This document shows positions 27,101 to 38,900 of a stretch of DNA of 64,000 nucleotides, one piece after another. The stretch comes from Leucoraja erinacea (lineage: Eukaryota): NCBI RefSeq assembly GCF_028641065.1, contig NC_073407.1, positions 20,150,001 through 20,214,000 of the forward strand, read 5' to 3'. Positions within the stretch are counted from its first letter, which is position 1; every line of letters begins with the position of its first letter. The position numbers and the translations under genes were made by a program. The notes under the pieces are model-generated. The model did not search any database and had not been told where the DNA came from. It worked only from the letters and a program-made list of their open reading frames with translations.

Positions 27101-30100
27101 AGGGGGTGAGGGGAGGAAGCAGGGGAGGGTTGGTGGGGAGAGGGAGGACAATGGTGGAGGGGAACAGGGGACTGAAGTGAGATGTGTTCACATTGATCTT
27201 ATAATTTACAAATTTCTGCCTCTTTAACCTTTAAAAACGTCAGCTGTGCAGTTGGGGGCTATGGCTGAGTGGTGGAATATTGCGTTGGGGGAAGGGGACC
27301 AAATGGGTCCGTACTTGGTCTAGTATATCCCTAAAACCTTTACGACCAAGGTTTTGATCATACTACTTAATATCTTTTCTATTATGTGGCTTGGGTAATA
27401 CACCCATAAAGGTCCATAAATCAGTCTGGCATTATATAGTGGTAAAATTGCAGGACTCGGTGAATAATATAAGTAAGTTGAATGAATACATACGAGGGTA
27501 AGAAATAAAAAGGAATATTGATGGTTATGTGAGGTAGTGCCACGGATCAAAGGATTACACGATCTATTTCTGTGCTCTAAATGGTGTGTAAAAAAAAATC
27601 ACTCTTTCCTGGTTTGCCAGCTGTTTCTTAATCCATGATTTTATTTTTGTCTCCTCTCAGATTCTCCTCAATTACCTCCCCCTAGAACAGGCTCAGTGGA
27701 ACTCTTCCTTGAAGAAACAAAGGTGAAGAATTGCATACAAAAATTAAAAAAACATCCATCAGGTGCTAGAAAACTAAAATAAAGAGAAACCAAGTTAACA
27801 TTTTGGATTGAAGATCTAGACTAACCTTCTGTACATTTTCAGAATTTTTTTCATGTTAGTGCAGAGCTGCATTTTTCTCAGTGCTTAGCAGAGACCTCTC
27901 TTCTTGGAATTGTAAGAGAAATCCTGTAATTTGGTGAAGATATTTGTGAAGGGAAGGCTTGATGCATGTAAAAAACAGGGATGTAGTCGTCGAGCAATGA
28001 GATGTCATTTTGTATTTTCGGGGAAGAGGGGGAGAGAGAAAGGTTTAAAACCTATTGCCACTTTGACATCAATTCCCACAATGTCATTTATACAGAATCT
28101 GAAAAAAAAAAGCCAGAGGAAATAATGTTATGTTTGTACACAGGCCTTTTTCACCACTTATTCTGCTTATTTTCCCTGTTCTTTACACTGCCCCATGGAC
28201 TCGCGGCATCAGTTTGGTCGAGGAAAAATTTTCAGCAGTGAAAATTGGTCGGCATGATTCTTTTGAACTCATAATGCAGTGGAGTGGGGCCACTAGGCAG
28301 CTGAGGTAGCCGTAGGCCATCTCCTATTCTGACCGGGCATTTTAATTGGCTCATTGGAGGTTTCAAAACCAAAGAAAAGCTACCAGTGATGTTAAATGCC
28401 CGCTAAACTTTATTAAATGTTTTCTGGCTTCTTAAAAGTGTCTCCACTCCTTTTCTACCCTCTCCCCTCCCCTTCTACCCCTCCCCTCCCCCCCCCCCCC
28501 CCCCTCCCCTTCTATATATCCCCCCCCCTCTCCCCTTCTCCCCCCCTCTCCCTTCTATCCCCCCTCTCCCCTTCTATCCCCCTCTCCTCTTCTATCCCCC
28601 TCTCCCCCATTTTCCCCCCCCCCCCCCCCCCCCCCCCCCACAAGCTCCAAAGGACTTACCATACACTGTTGCATCCGTTTTACCTTCCTGTTCATCGTGG
28701 GTGTGAATTTCAGACAGCACTCCCCCACTTTCCCTGGCCCCTGCCTTTGCGATGTGTGTGTGTTTGTTCGTTCGTGTGTGTGTTCGTTTGTTTGTGTGTA
28801 TGTGTGTTCGTTCGTGTGTGGGTTTGTGTTTGTGCATGTTTGTGTTCTCTGTCGATCCAGCTCGCGGTTTCATCGCTGACGCTAGATCCAGCTGGAGGTT
28901 TTTCAGGCGAGCGCCCTCCGAGCTTGAAGGTGGAAGACAGTCGCTGACAAGTCGCTTTAGTAGGACAGTCCCTTTTCTCATCACCAGTCATGCTGCACCC
29001 TGGTACTTGTTTGAGCATTCTCGTTATGTCATGTGTTGTCAAATGGCTGACACGCACTCAATCGGATCCGGTATCTTTGTTCATAGTGCCCTGAGGACAT
29101 TGCATGAAGCCTTACTCATTTGTATACAAAGGTGTTTCTTTGTACAAACGTTTTATCAAGCTTGTGTTGCACAACTCAAAAACCCAGAAGCAATGCCCAT
29201 TAACTTTGTCAATGGTATCAGTGGAAGGATCTTGTTTCCTTGTGTGCTGGATAATTCTATGATCTATTTTAGATGACTACCATTAAGTATCTGTGGGCCG
29301 ATTTTTCTAGTTTAGTTATTTTAGATTGACTTAATGCTGTATTTATAATATTTTAAAGAGCTGGTATTTTGTTTTTTGTACCTTGTGAAAACAATGTAGT
29401 AGTAAAATGCTGAAACATTTCAGTACTGCAGCCAAAAACTTTAATTAAACTGCCTTCATTGTGTGTCATCATTTGTTATCTTAACGAGACACACATTTGT
29501 GCTGGCAGAAAATAAATTTGGTCTTTCATAGCATTTTAGAAAAAATAATATTCGGTACAGCATTTTAAATGCCTGTCTGCAATGGGAGGAAAGATTTAAG
29601 CAGGGCAGTCATCAGGATGAATTTTGAAAGCATAAGGATGCATTTTGTTTGGCCCTGTAAATCGATCTGTGTTTGATCTGACCCCATGTGGTGTATTCAT
29701 TTGCAGGGAAATTTATGCACAGTTTTTGAAGGAGATGATTATTCAGCCTGGCATTGCCAAGGCAAATCTGGGCATCTTCCGGGAGGATGTTACATTGGAA
29801 GACCACGTGAGTCTCAATCTGCTTTCTTTCTTGAAGGGAAAGAACTTGCAATGGTCAATTAATTTCAGATGTTGACTATTATATCATCTTGTTTGGTGGT
29901 GACCTCTGGTGCTGTGTAAACAGGTTTCCTCTGGGAAATCTGGTTTCCTCCCACATCCCAAAGACATGTGAGTTTGTAGGTTAATTGGCCCTTGTGTCTG
30001 GGTAGCATAGAACAAGTGTGCACGGATGATCGATAGTTGGTGTAGACTTGGTGGGCCAAATGGCCTGTTTCCATGCTTATATTTGCTTTCAAATGGTTCT

Positions 30101-32895
30101 GTGACTTCCCTCCTGCTCTGTAACATCAAACATTTTCAATCCTGGGCTCTCCCCCCCCCCCCCCCCCCCCCCTTTTTTTTTTTTTTTTTTTTCTTGCTCC
30201 ACCGTGTGCCTAATGTTCTAGAATTTCTTCTCTAAATTGCTCTCTGCCCTTGTTAGATTTACTTTTAAACCAGTCTGTGGCCAAGTTGTTGATCATCTGT
30301 TCTACTACATTCCAATGTAGTTTAGAGTTAAATTTTGTTCGGTAATCTTTTGAATGAAGGGTCTTGGTGTGTTTTATAATGACAAAGGTTGCTGTGTTGT
30401 CCTTGCCAACAAATATAATTTTGCTTCTAAAGAATATGGTTCCATTTCCAGTAAGGTTTCCTTTTACATATTGCAACAGAAATTATTCTTATCCTAAATG
30501 TGTAAGAAATAACTGCAGATGCTAGTTTAAATCGAAGATAGACACAAAATGCTGGAGTAACTCAATGGGACAGGCAGCATCTCTGGAGAGAAGGAATAGG
30601 TGACTTTTCGGGTCGAGACACTTCTTCAGACTGATTCAGACTTCAGTCTGAAGAAGGGTCTCGACCCGAAAAGTCACTTATTCCTTCTCTCCAGAGGTAT
30701 TGCCTGTCTTGCTGAATTACTCCAGCATTTTGTGTCTACCTTTGTTCTTATCCCATTTCTTTATTTCTTTTCTGAACAGCCCTTGAATCCTAACCCTGAT
30801 AGTCGATGGAACACTTACTTCAAAGACAACGAGGTTCTCCTGCAGATTGACAAAGATGTCCGGTAAGAAATGAAAGACTCTATACTGAAAAGGCATATTT
30901 GGTTTCATTGGGATAATCAGGAGATGAAAGCATTTATAGTGATAAGCGGGGGGTGATTAGAAAATGACTTTTTGTATTTTAAACTGAAGTGACACATTTC
31001 TGCTTTTTAAACTCTTTCTAATGCACTTCACCTAATTTCTCTCTTCCAGGCGACTGTATCCAGACATGGCATTTTTCCAGCGGCCCACTGACTATCCATG
31101 CCTTCTGATTATGGATCCCCAAAATGAGTTTGAAACACTTCGCAGGCGGGTCGAGCAAACCACTTTGAAATCCCAGACAGTTGCACATAATCGGAGCGGC
31201 GTTACAAATGTAAGTTCTGCACAGCGGCATCTTTCTTAGACCTTTAATAACCGATTCAGTCTGGCAAGGACTTGCATTTGTATCGTCTAATTCTTGCTCG
31301 GGTTAATCTTGTTGGCATTTTCCCCTCAGTGGTCAATCAAAAAGATTCGTAATCTTTGTTGATAACTTGTCTCATTAACTAAAGTTTTGTCTTTCTGCAT
31401 TAAATTGTACCATTGTGTTTTAAGGGCGTTGTCTTTAACTACCAGTCAATGAATTTAAATTAATCTATCCTGTACATTGCGATGATAAAATGCTCACAGA
31501 TATGATGGTGATATTTTAGAGGCTTTAGATAAGCATATTCAGAGGATGGAGGGATATGGATCACATGCAGACAGAAGAGATTAGTTTGACATGGCATCAT
31601 GTTCGGCAAGGACATCACGGGTCGGAGGGTCTATTCCTGTGCTGTTTTACGTTCAATGTTAACCAGCTTTGCTTTCCAGTTGCATCCTTCACTTTTCTCT
31701 CTCTTTCATTAGGTTTGCTCCCCTCGCAAAACAACCTCGGCCAATGAATATGAAGTGCTCCCCAATGGCTGTGAAGCTCACTGGGAGGTGGTCGAGAGGA
31801 TCCTCTTCATTTATGCCAAGCTGAACCCAGGAATCGCTTATGTGCAGGGCATGAATGAGATTGTGGGTCCAGTTTACTATACCTTTGCTACAGATCCTAA
31901 CACTGAGTGGAAAGGTGAGGCTCTAAAAGTTCTGTTGTTGAAATACTAGAAACAAGATTAATGAATTATATATAATATTATATTATAATATCAACAATAC
32001 AAGATTAATGAATGAGATATAATTCTGACCTCATGCGCTCCCTCAAATCCCATTCCTTAAGTGGTATTCAACCATTTTCTATCACCTTTGTTGGATGGGG
32101 CAACAATTGGAAGGGGTCATTCTTGACTATATCGAATTTATGTCACAGAAAGATGTCCTTTAAACCAACTCGCATATTGCAATCTTTGTAGGGGATACAA
32201 ATACAAATACCAGTATTCATACAACTCCTTGAGCCTGATTCACTTATGTCAGATCCACTTTTTCTATTCTTTCTCAATAACACTCGATTCCATCAGTATC
32301 TAAGTCTCTATTATCCCAGCCTTGAATATATTGTGACTAAGCATTTCACAGCCCATTGGTAGTAGAGAATTCCAAAAATTCCCAACGCACTGTGTAGAAA
32401 TTCTTTCTCAGTTCTGGACTATCATCTGCTTTTCCTCATTCTCTATTAAAAAATACTCTTAGTACTCACTCTGTTAGAGTTGCCAAACATTTTGTGTATT
32501 TCTGAGATCACTTTTCATTTATCTTAGAAACATAGAAACATAGAAATTAGGTGCAGGAGTAGGCCATTCGGCCCTTCGAGCCTGCACCGCCATTCAATAT
32601 GATCATGGCTGATCATCCAACTCAGTATCCCGTACCTGCCTTCTCTCCATACTCCCTGATCCCCTTAGCCACAAGGGCCACATCTAACTCCCTCATTCGT
32701 AAACATGGAAGGTAAGCCGCTTCTACTTTCTCCTGATAAGAAAGCCCTCTCATCCCAGAAATAAATGGGGGGTTTCTGTATAACTTTCTTTCAGTATGTC
32801 CTACCATTAATTTATCCATTAAATGTTTATCCATCTTTCCCTGAAAGGACATCTGAAATATTTTCATCAGCAATCCCAAATAGTAATGCAATCCA

Positions 32896-32937
<42 letters not shown>

Positions 32938-35900
32938 TGTAAGACAGTTTAGAATTATGGCTATTGATTAAAAAAATAATTCCAAAGTTTGACAATGTGT
33001 ATTTGTAATCTACTTATCCAAATAATGCTTTGTAACTGAACCAGACCTTGTCCTTCCTGATCATACGTACTTCCAATCTGGGGTCATTGGACATTTATCA
33101 GTTCAAGAGGCATTAGTGGTTTTTTTCATTTATCCTGGGGACAGGAGGCCTGGTGACAATTGGAGTACCCATAACTTCGTAACTCAACACTGACTTTCAG
33201 TCAAAGGTAGTCATTCTTAGTCTGTGTGGCTGCAGGTGCCATCAAATGATGAAGGGTTTTCCATCTCCTTGCTGTTTATTTTGAAGAATACATACAATTC
33301 ATGAAACACTTCAGCTTTAGGATTTTTATTCTCTATTCCCAAGTTGCTTGCCCCCCACACTGCCCCTCTACCACCACCCAGAGATTCCAGTCTTATGTAA
33401 TATCTTCCAGCTCTACAACAACCTTAAGCTATGACATTATCATCCCAAATTTCTCTGCCGTTCTATCTCCCTTAAAATACTCCTGAAAACAGACTAAATA
33501 TTTGGCCATTTGCCTTCCTATTTAATAGATGTTAGATTCTGACTGTTAAAACTCACCAGTACATTTTGCAATGTTAAGGCCATAACATAAATCACAAATG
33601 ATTTCTATGTTAGTATTTTTCTTTCCAGATAGAAATTTGGGGGGGGGAAAAGGAATTCTGTATATTTTACACTTTTTCTTGTTTCCCCCGTGAATTATAC
33701 AGAACACGCAGAAGCAGACACATTTTTTTGCTTCACAAACCTGATGTCAGAAATCAGGGACAATTTCATCAAGAGCCTAGATGACTCGCAGTGCGGGATC
33801 ACATACAAAATGGAGAACGTTTATTCTACACTGAAGGAGAAAGACATGGATCTGTATCTTAAATTGGTATGAAGTGATGTTTTAGATTTTAGTTATAGAG
33901 ATACAGCGCGGTAATGCCCTGTCGGCCCACAGAGTTCGCTCTGACCAGCGATCCCCGCGCATTTATACTATGCTACACACATTAGGGACAATTTACAATT
34001 ATACCAAGCCAATTAAACACAAATCTGTACGTCATTGGAGTGTGGGAGTATACCAGAGATCTCGGTGAAAACCTGCGCAGGTCACGGGGAGAATGTACTA
34101 ACTCCATACAAAGAGCACCTGTAGTCAGGATCTGATCTGGGTTTCTGGTGCTGCAAGGCAGCAACTCTACCACTGTGCCACCCACTAATTGTACTAAGTA
34201 ATTGTATTAAATAATTGTATGAAAGGTGTGTTGAGATGAATAAGATTGAACAATGTTTCAAATCCATTCAACCTTTTGCTCACTGACAAGAGCAATTGAA
34301 CTGACGAGGCCTTGATTTTAATCTTTGTGATCAAACTCTTTGATAGTCTTGTTCCTCTATAAACTCTTCCAACCCACCAATTCTACCTTCTCACTTCCAG
34401 AGATTTCTACACTATTCTGGGCACATTTCTCATTTATTTCACTCGACCATTGGCAGACTTGCATTCAGCCATCTAAGCCAAAGCCCTGGAATTCTCTCCT
34501 TAAATCAATTGCCCACTCCTTAAAACACCTTAGTTTACCAAGCTCATAGTTAGTACTAGATAGTTTGAATCGGACGTAAAACTTGTATTTGATAACTGTC
34601 CTTGGTATACTTTTCCAGGTATTTCTTAAACTCAATTCATGCATCGAATGTGAGTTCCATCAATGACCCAGTTTTTGTGTTGGATTCTACAAGCCTGAAC
34701 CCATCTTTAGGTTTATGCACCAATTCAGTACAGGGGAAATGACAAACTGTTAAGATGACATATCTTTCAATATCTTGTGTTAATATTGATTATGCTGAAG
34801 GAATATTGTAATGATTGGCAGGTGAGATAATTGGCACAAATGTAATTAAAGGGAAGCTTGACAAATACACAAAGTGGCAGAAGATCTTACCGATGACACT
34901 GTTAGCTGCGTGGAAGGAAGCCTTGAGGGAGCATTAATGCCGTGGAAATGTAATGGCCTGTATTTGCACTTTAAATACTATGCAATAGCTTTTATGTAAT
35001 TCAGGCCATTGCTTGACCTGTTTACATTCCAGCAAGAACAGAATATCAAGCCACAATTTTTTGCCTTTCGCTGGCTCACACTGCTGCTGTCCCAGGAGTT
35101 CCTTCTTCCTGACGTTATCCGAATATGGGATTCCCTCTTTTCTGATGTCGACAGATTCGATTTCCTCATCCTCGTCTGCTGTGCCATGTTGATGTAAGTT
35201 GCAAAATCCATCGTTTTTCTGATGTGTGAGAGCTGTTGTGCTATTTCAAAGATGCTTTCTTTTCAATGTGTTTTTAATGTGAGGCTAGCCAAGGCTGTCT
35301 GACAGCCGGGTTCATTGAAATTGCCTGGTCTGTTTATTTGTAAGCTGCTTCATGTAGCTTGTTGTGGTAGGAACCAGAGGTGGTCGGAAAAAGTTTTTGC
35401 ACAAAGTATTGTGTGCCCAAACACGCTGCCAGAAGTAGTGGTGGAGGCAGACATGATATTGGCAATTAAGAGGCTTTTGGATAGGCACATGGATATGCAG
35501 GGAAATGGAGGGATTTGGATCATGTGTGGACAAAAGAGATTAAGTTAACTTGGCCTCATGTTCAACGTGGACATTGTGGGCCAATGAGCCTGATGTGTGC
35601 TGTACTGTTCTGTGTTCCAACAGGTTATCAGAGCATTAGAGTAATCCATTTAACTAATTTGTACATGGCTGATACTTTTTCACAAATGTTTTATTTTTAA
35701 GGGCAGCTGTCAGCATCTTTCACCCCTTGTTCCTCAGCCAGTTCTTTGAAAGTTCTATCTAATTTGTCCCATTACTCTTGGTCCATACATAGATCTTTGA
35801 GAATTTACCTTTTTTAAGTATTTCTGAAGCTCAATTCATGCATCGGATGTGGGTACCATCAATATGATCTGTAGTGGAACTTGGTATTGAAAATGGACTG

Positions 35901-38900
35901 CTTTGATGTAAATGGTGCTGAGCATTTCAGTTTTTGAGTCCACCTTTAGGTTTATGCACCAATTCAGTACAGGGGAAATGCCATAACTGTTAGAATGACC
36001 TTTCTCTTGGGGGCACTGAACCCCACCTATCCTTATAGCATTGTTTCAAGAGCACGGTTTATTTTCCGCTTATCCTGGGCATTATTTATCTTTCAGCCAA
36101 TATGGACCGGAACAATTTACGTGGTCATTATCTTATTTCTATTCATGAAATCGAGTTTTGTTCAAATTAATCTTCATGTTTCCTACATTGTTAAGTGACC
36201 AATTCTTTATTGAGTGTAAAATATTTGTGATGTTCTGAAGTTGTGAAAGAAATGTGCATTTTTAATTGCTATTATGAATGAGAAACAAAAAATAAATCGA
36301 AGTGCGATCAGGGAACCTGCAAATCAAATAAATGTATTGAATACATTTCCTTTGGTAAAATTGAAAGAGTGCAGGGTGCCATGTCAAATATGGACGTATT
36401 TGAAATAGAATATACATTCCTGTCGTACCTCATTGTCAAGTTGGATAGATTGTAATTAAGTGCAATCCTGGAGTACTAAAACTACACGATTTCTTGCAAA
36501 AAAAAAGCGGGATTCAGCAAGTTGCAAGTGCAAATTGCCTCGCCAACCAAGCAAGGTTAAAACTTACTCGCTTGTACGGCTGATTTAAAACCGGTTAAAA
36601 TTTACAAATTGTTTATTTTAAAGTTGATGCTGGAATACAATTAAATAAATTTATTTGAGCAGATTTAAATAACTTCAGACATTATCATGATATTTTTGTC
36701 TCACAGACTGTGAAAGGGCACCTATATCAAGATTTTTTTTAAACTTAATTATTGCATGTTAGTGAAAACTGTTGTGCTTCTCGCAGTTTAATTCGGGATC
36801 AGTTGCTGGTTGGAGACTTCACAATAAACATGAGATTGCTACAGGTGAGGAAATGTTCAAAATATAATCAAATCATGAAATTGCATTATAAGATTGTCTA
36901 GGTTATTACTGAAGAAACAAAATAAGATTCCTACCACTTTAGCTGTTCATCTTGTAACTTTTGAAGAGCTTAGACTGATTAACAATCCAGGAGGGCAGAA
37001 GTGTTGTTTAGGTATCTCTACACTTTTATCATACTCTGGCCTCTGATGTGAATGCTCCATCCATGCCATAATAATTTTTATGAATTAATTGGGGAGAGGT
37101 GGGGTCGGTCCTGTTAACATGGAAAGGTGTTTTGAATGTACATCGTTGAATTTTCATTAAAATGAGTATCCTTCTGGGTGCTTGAACATAGCTTGAGCTC
37201 TGACATCCATTATCAGGGACTGATGAGAGTGTGATTTCTGCACCATCTTATTTAAGGGCATCAATGATAGCACTTGGTCGAAAAGATTAGTCTGCTATTC
37301 TACAAAGGACATTAACCATTCCAGCACAATCAAATAGCACTACTTATTGTACCATTTAATGTCTAGCCCGTTGCTTTGGGGTAAGCTGTACAAGATGTAC
37401 AGGAACTATTAAATAATAATGATAAATATTTGTTTTCTGTTATGTCTTGTGCTAGCTTAGTGCCTCCCTTTGCTGGACCCTTTTGTTTGTAGCTTGTATG
37501 GTCGCACTTTTGGGGATGGCTCTCCTGGTGCTGCCCAGCCTTCTTTACCATCTCCCTCACCCCAGTCCTCACACTGCTGTGCTTTGGAGATATCTTTCAC
37601 TCCAAGGTGCAAGCAACTGCAATGAACATAAATAGTGCTGTCGTACGAGATCCAACAGCATTGTACAATTGACTATGGCTTGTAATATCTAAAATAACCA
37701 GCCTCTCGTATCGGAGGACACAAAAAGCAAGGTCACTTTTCAGAGGCTGGGGGTCAATTCTGCAAACACACAGAAGACAAAGGAAGCCCTGAAGGAATTC
37801 CACTCTTATTGCCTCTTTAAATGAGGAATTCCACTTTTTTTCTCATCTTCCTGCCTCTTTCGCTCTAGACTCCGAAACTCTGCTGTCCATATCTCAACTT
37901 GCATGATCTTATCCTGTGGGTGTGTTAAGCAATAATGCAGTTCTCGCTTTCAATGCTGTCATCTTTGTTTTCAAACCTCAAGCCTCCCGCTTTCTGTATT
38001 CTCCTCCACTTTTCCAGCGCCCTGTCCCTCATCCAACCCCCCCTGCAAGGAACACGAGTGTCTTCAGTGGTTGTCTCATGAGTGTCTGTGATATTGATAG
38101 CTCCGAATATTGACAGATGTCGCTGTAGGTGCCAAGGCCCTTGCTTCCTGTAACACATTTCTAAAGATGGCCACTTGGAGTCATACAGCATGGAAGCAGA
38201 TTCTTTGGCCAACTCGCCCATGGTAACCAAGAAACCCCATCCAAATTTGACCCAGTTACCCATGCCTGGTATGGTATAAACCCTCTAAACCCTATCCATT
38301 TTTATTTCTTTCTTCCTCTAAGTTGCTCTTTGCAAGGTTATGTCTGATCAAACTTTTGATCTTCTGTTGTAATAGATGTATTAGTGCAAAGTCTTATTTG
38401 GTAACGCTTCAATTTGGAAACATTAAGGACACATAGTTATTGTAGCAATCTGGCAGGTGGAAGAAGCTTCAGAACTGGTTGGTGTGAGGATTTTTGTTTT
38501 CTTATTAGCATTGAGACATTTCAGGCAATGGTCACTAATAAATCATATGAAACCATAAGAATGAGGAACACACAACTGCTTGGGATTGTTGATGAAAATA
38601 TTCCAGATGCCTTTTCAGGAAAGATAGATAAACACTTATTGGAAAGACATTCTGAAAGGAAGTAGAATGGAGGGAGGTTTACACACCATTTATTCCTGGG
38701 ATGCGAGGGTTTTCTTATCAAGAGAAAGTAGAATAGACTTCTCTCCCTGTTTTTAGAAGAAGATGAGGTTTCATTGAAATGCGCAAAATTCTTGGCAACA
38801 TTAACATAGTGAGAGTACTAAGAATATTTTTTTAATAAAGGGCTAGGATAGGAAGATGATCATCCAGAACTAAAATAAAGAATTTCCACACACAGGTAGG

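Larger units (their letters stand above)
23360..27323 (+). mobile_element. Tandem array of five non-autonomous Helitron-like elements
   Basis: Each unit ends in a GC-rich hairpin (e.g. GGGACCC-AAC-GGGTCCC) + ACTTGGT + CTAG. Ends at 23900 (degenerate CTCA), 24291, 25005, 26448 and 27323, each followed by an AT-rich TCTAT/TATATTACTAAAA head; left boundary approximate. Confidence 0.75.

Noticed and set aside
35860-35925. C/D-box snoRNA (ATGATC...TGATG...CTGA), with a paralogue near 39145
   Set aside because: Box C is degenerate, there is no terminal stem and I recognise no antisense rRNA guide; kept only as a local duplicate.
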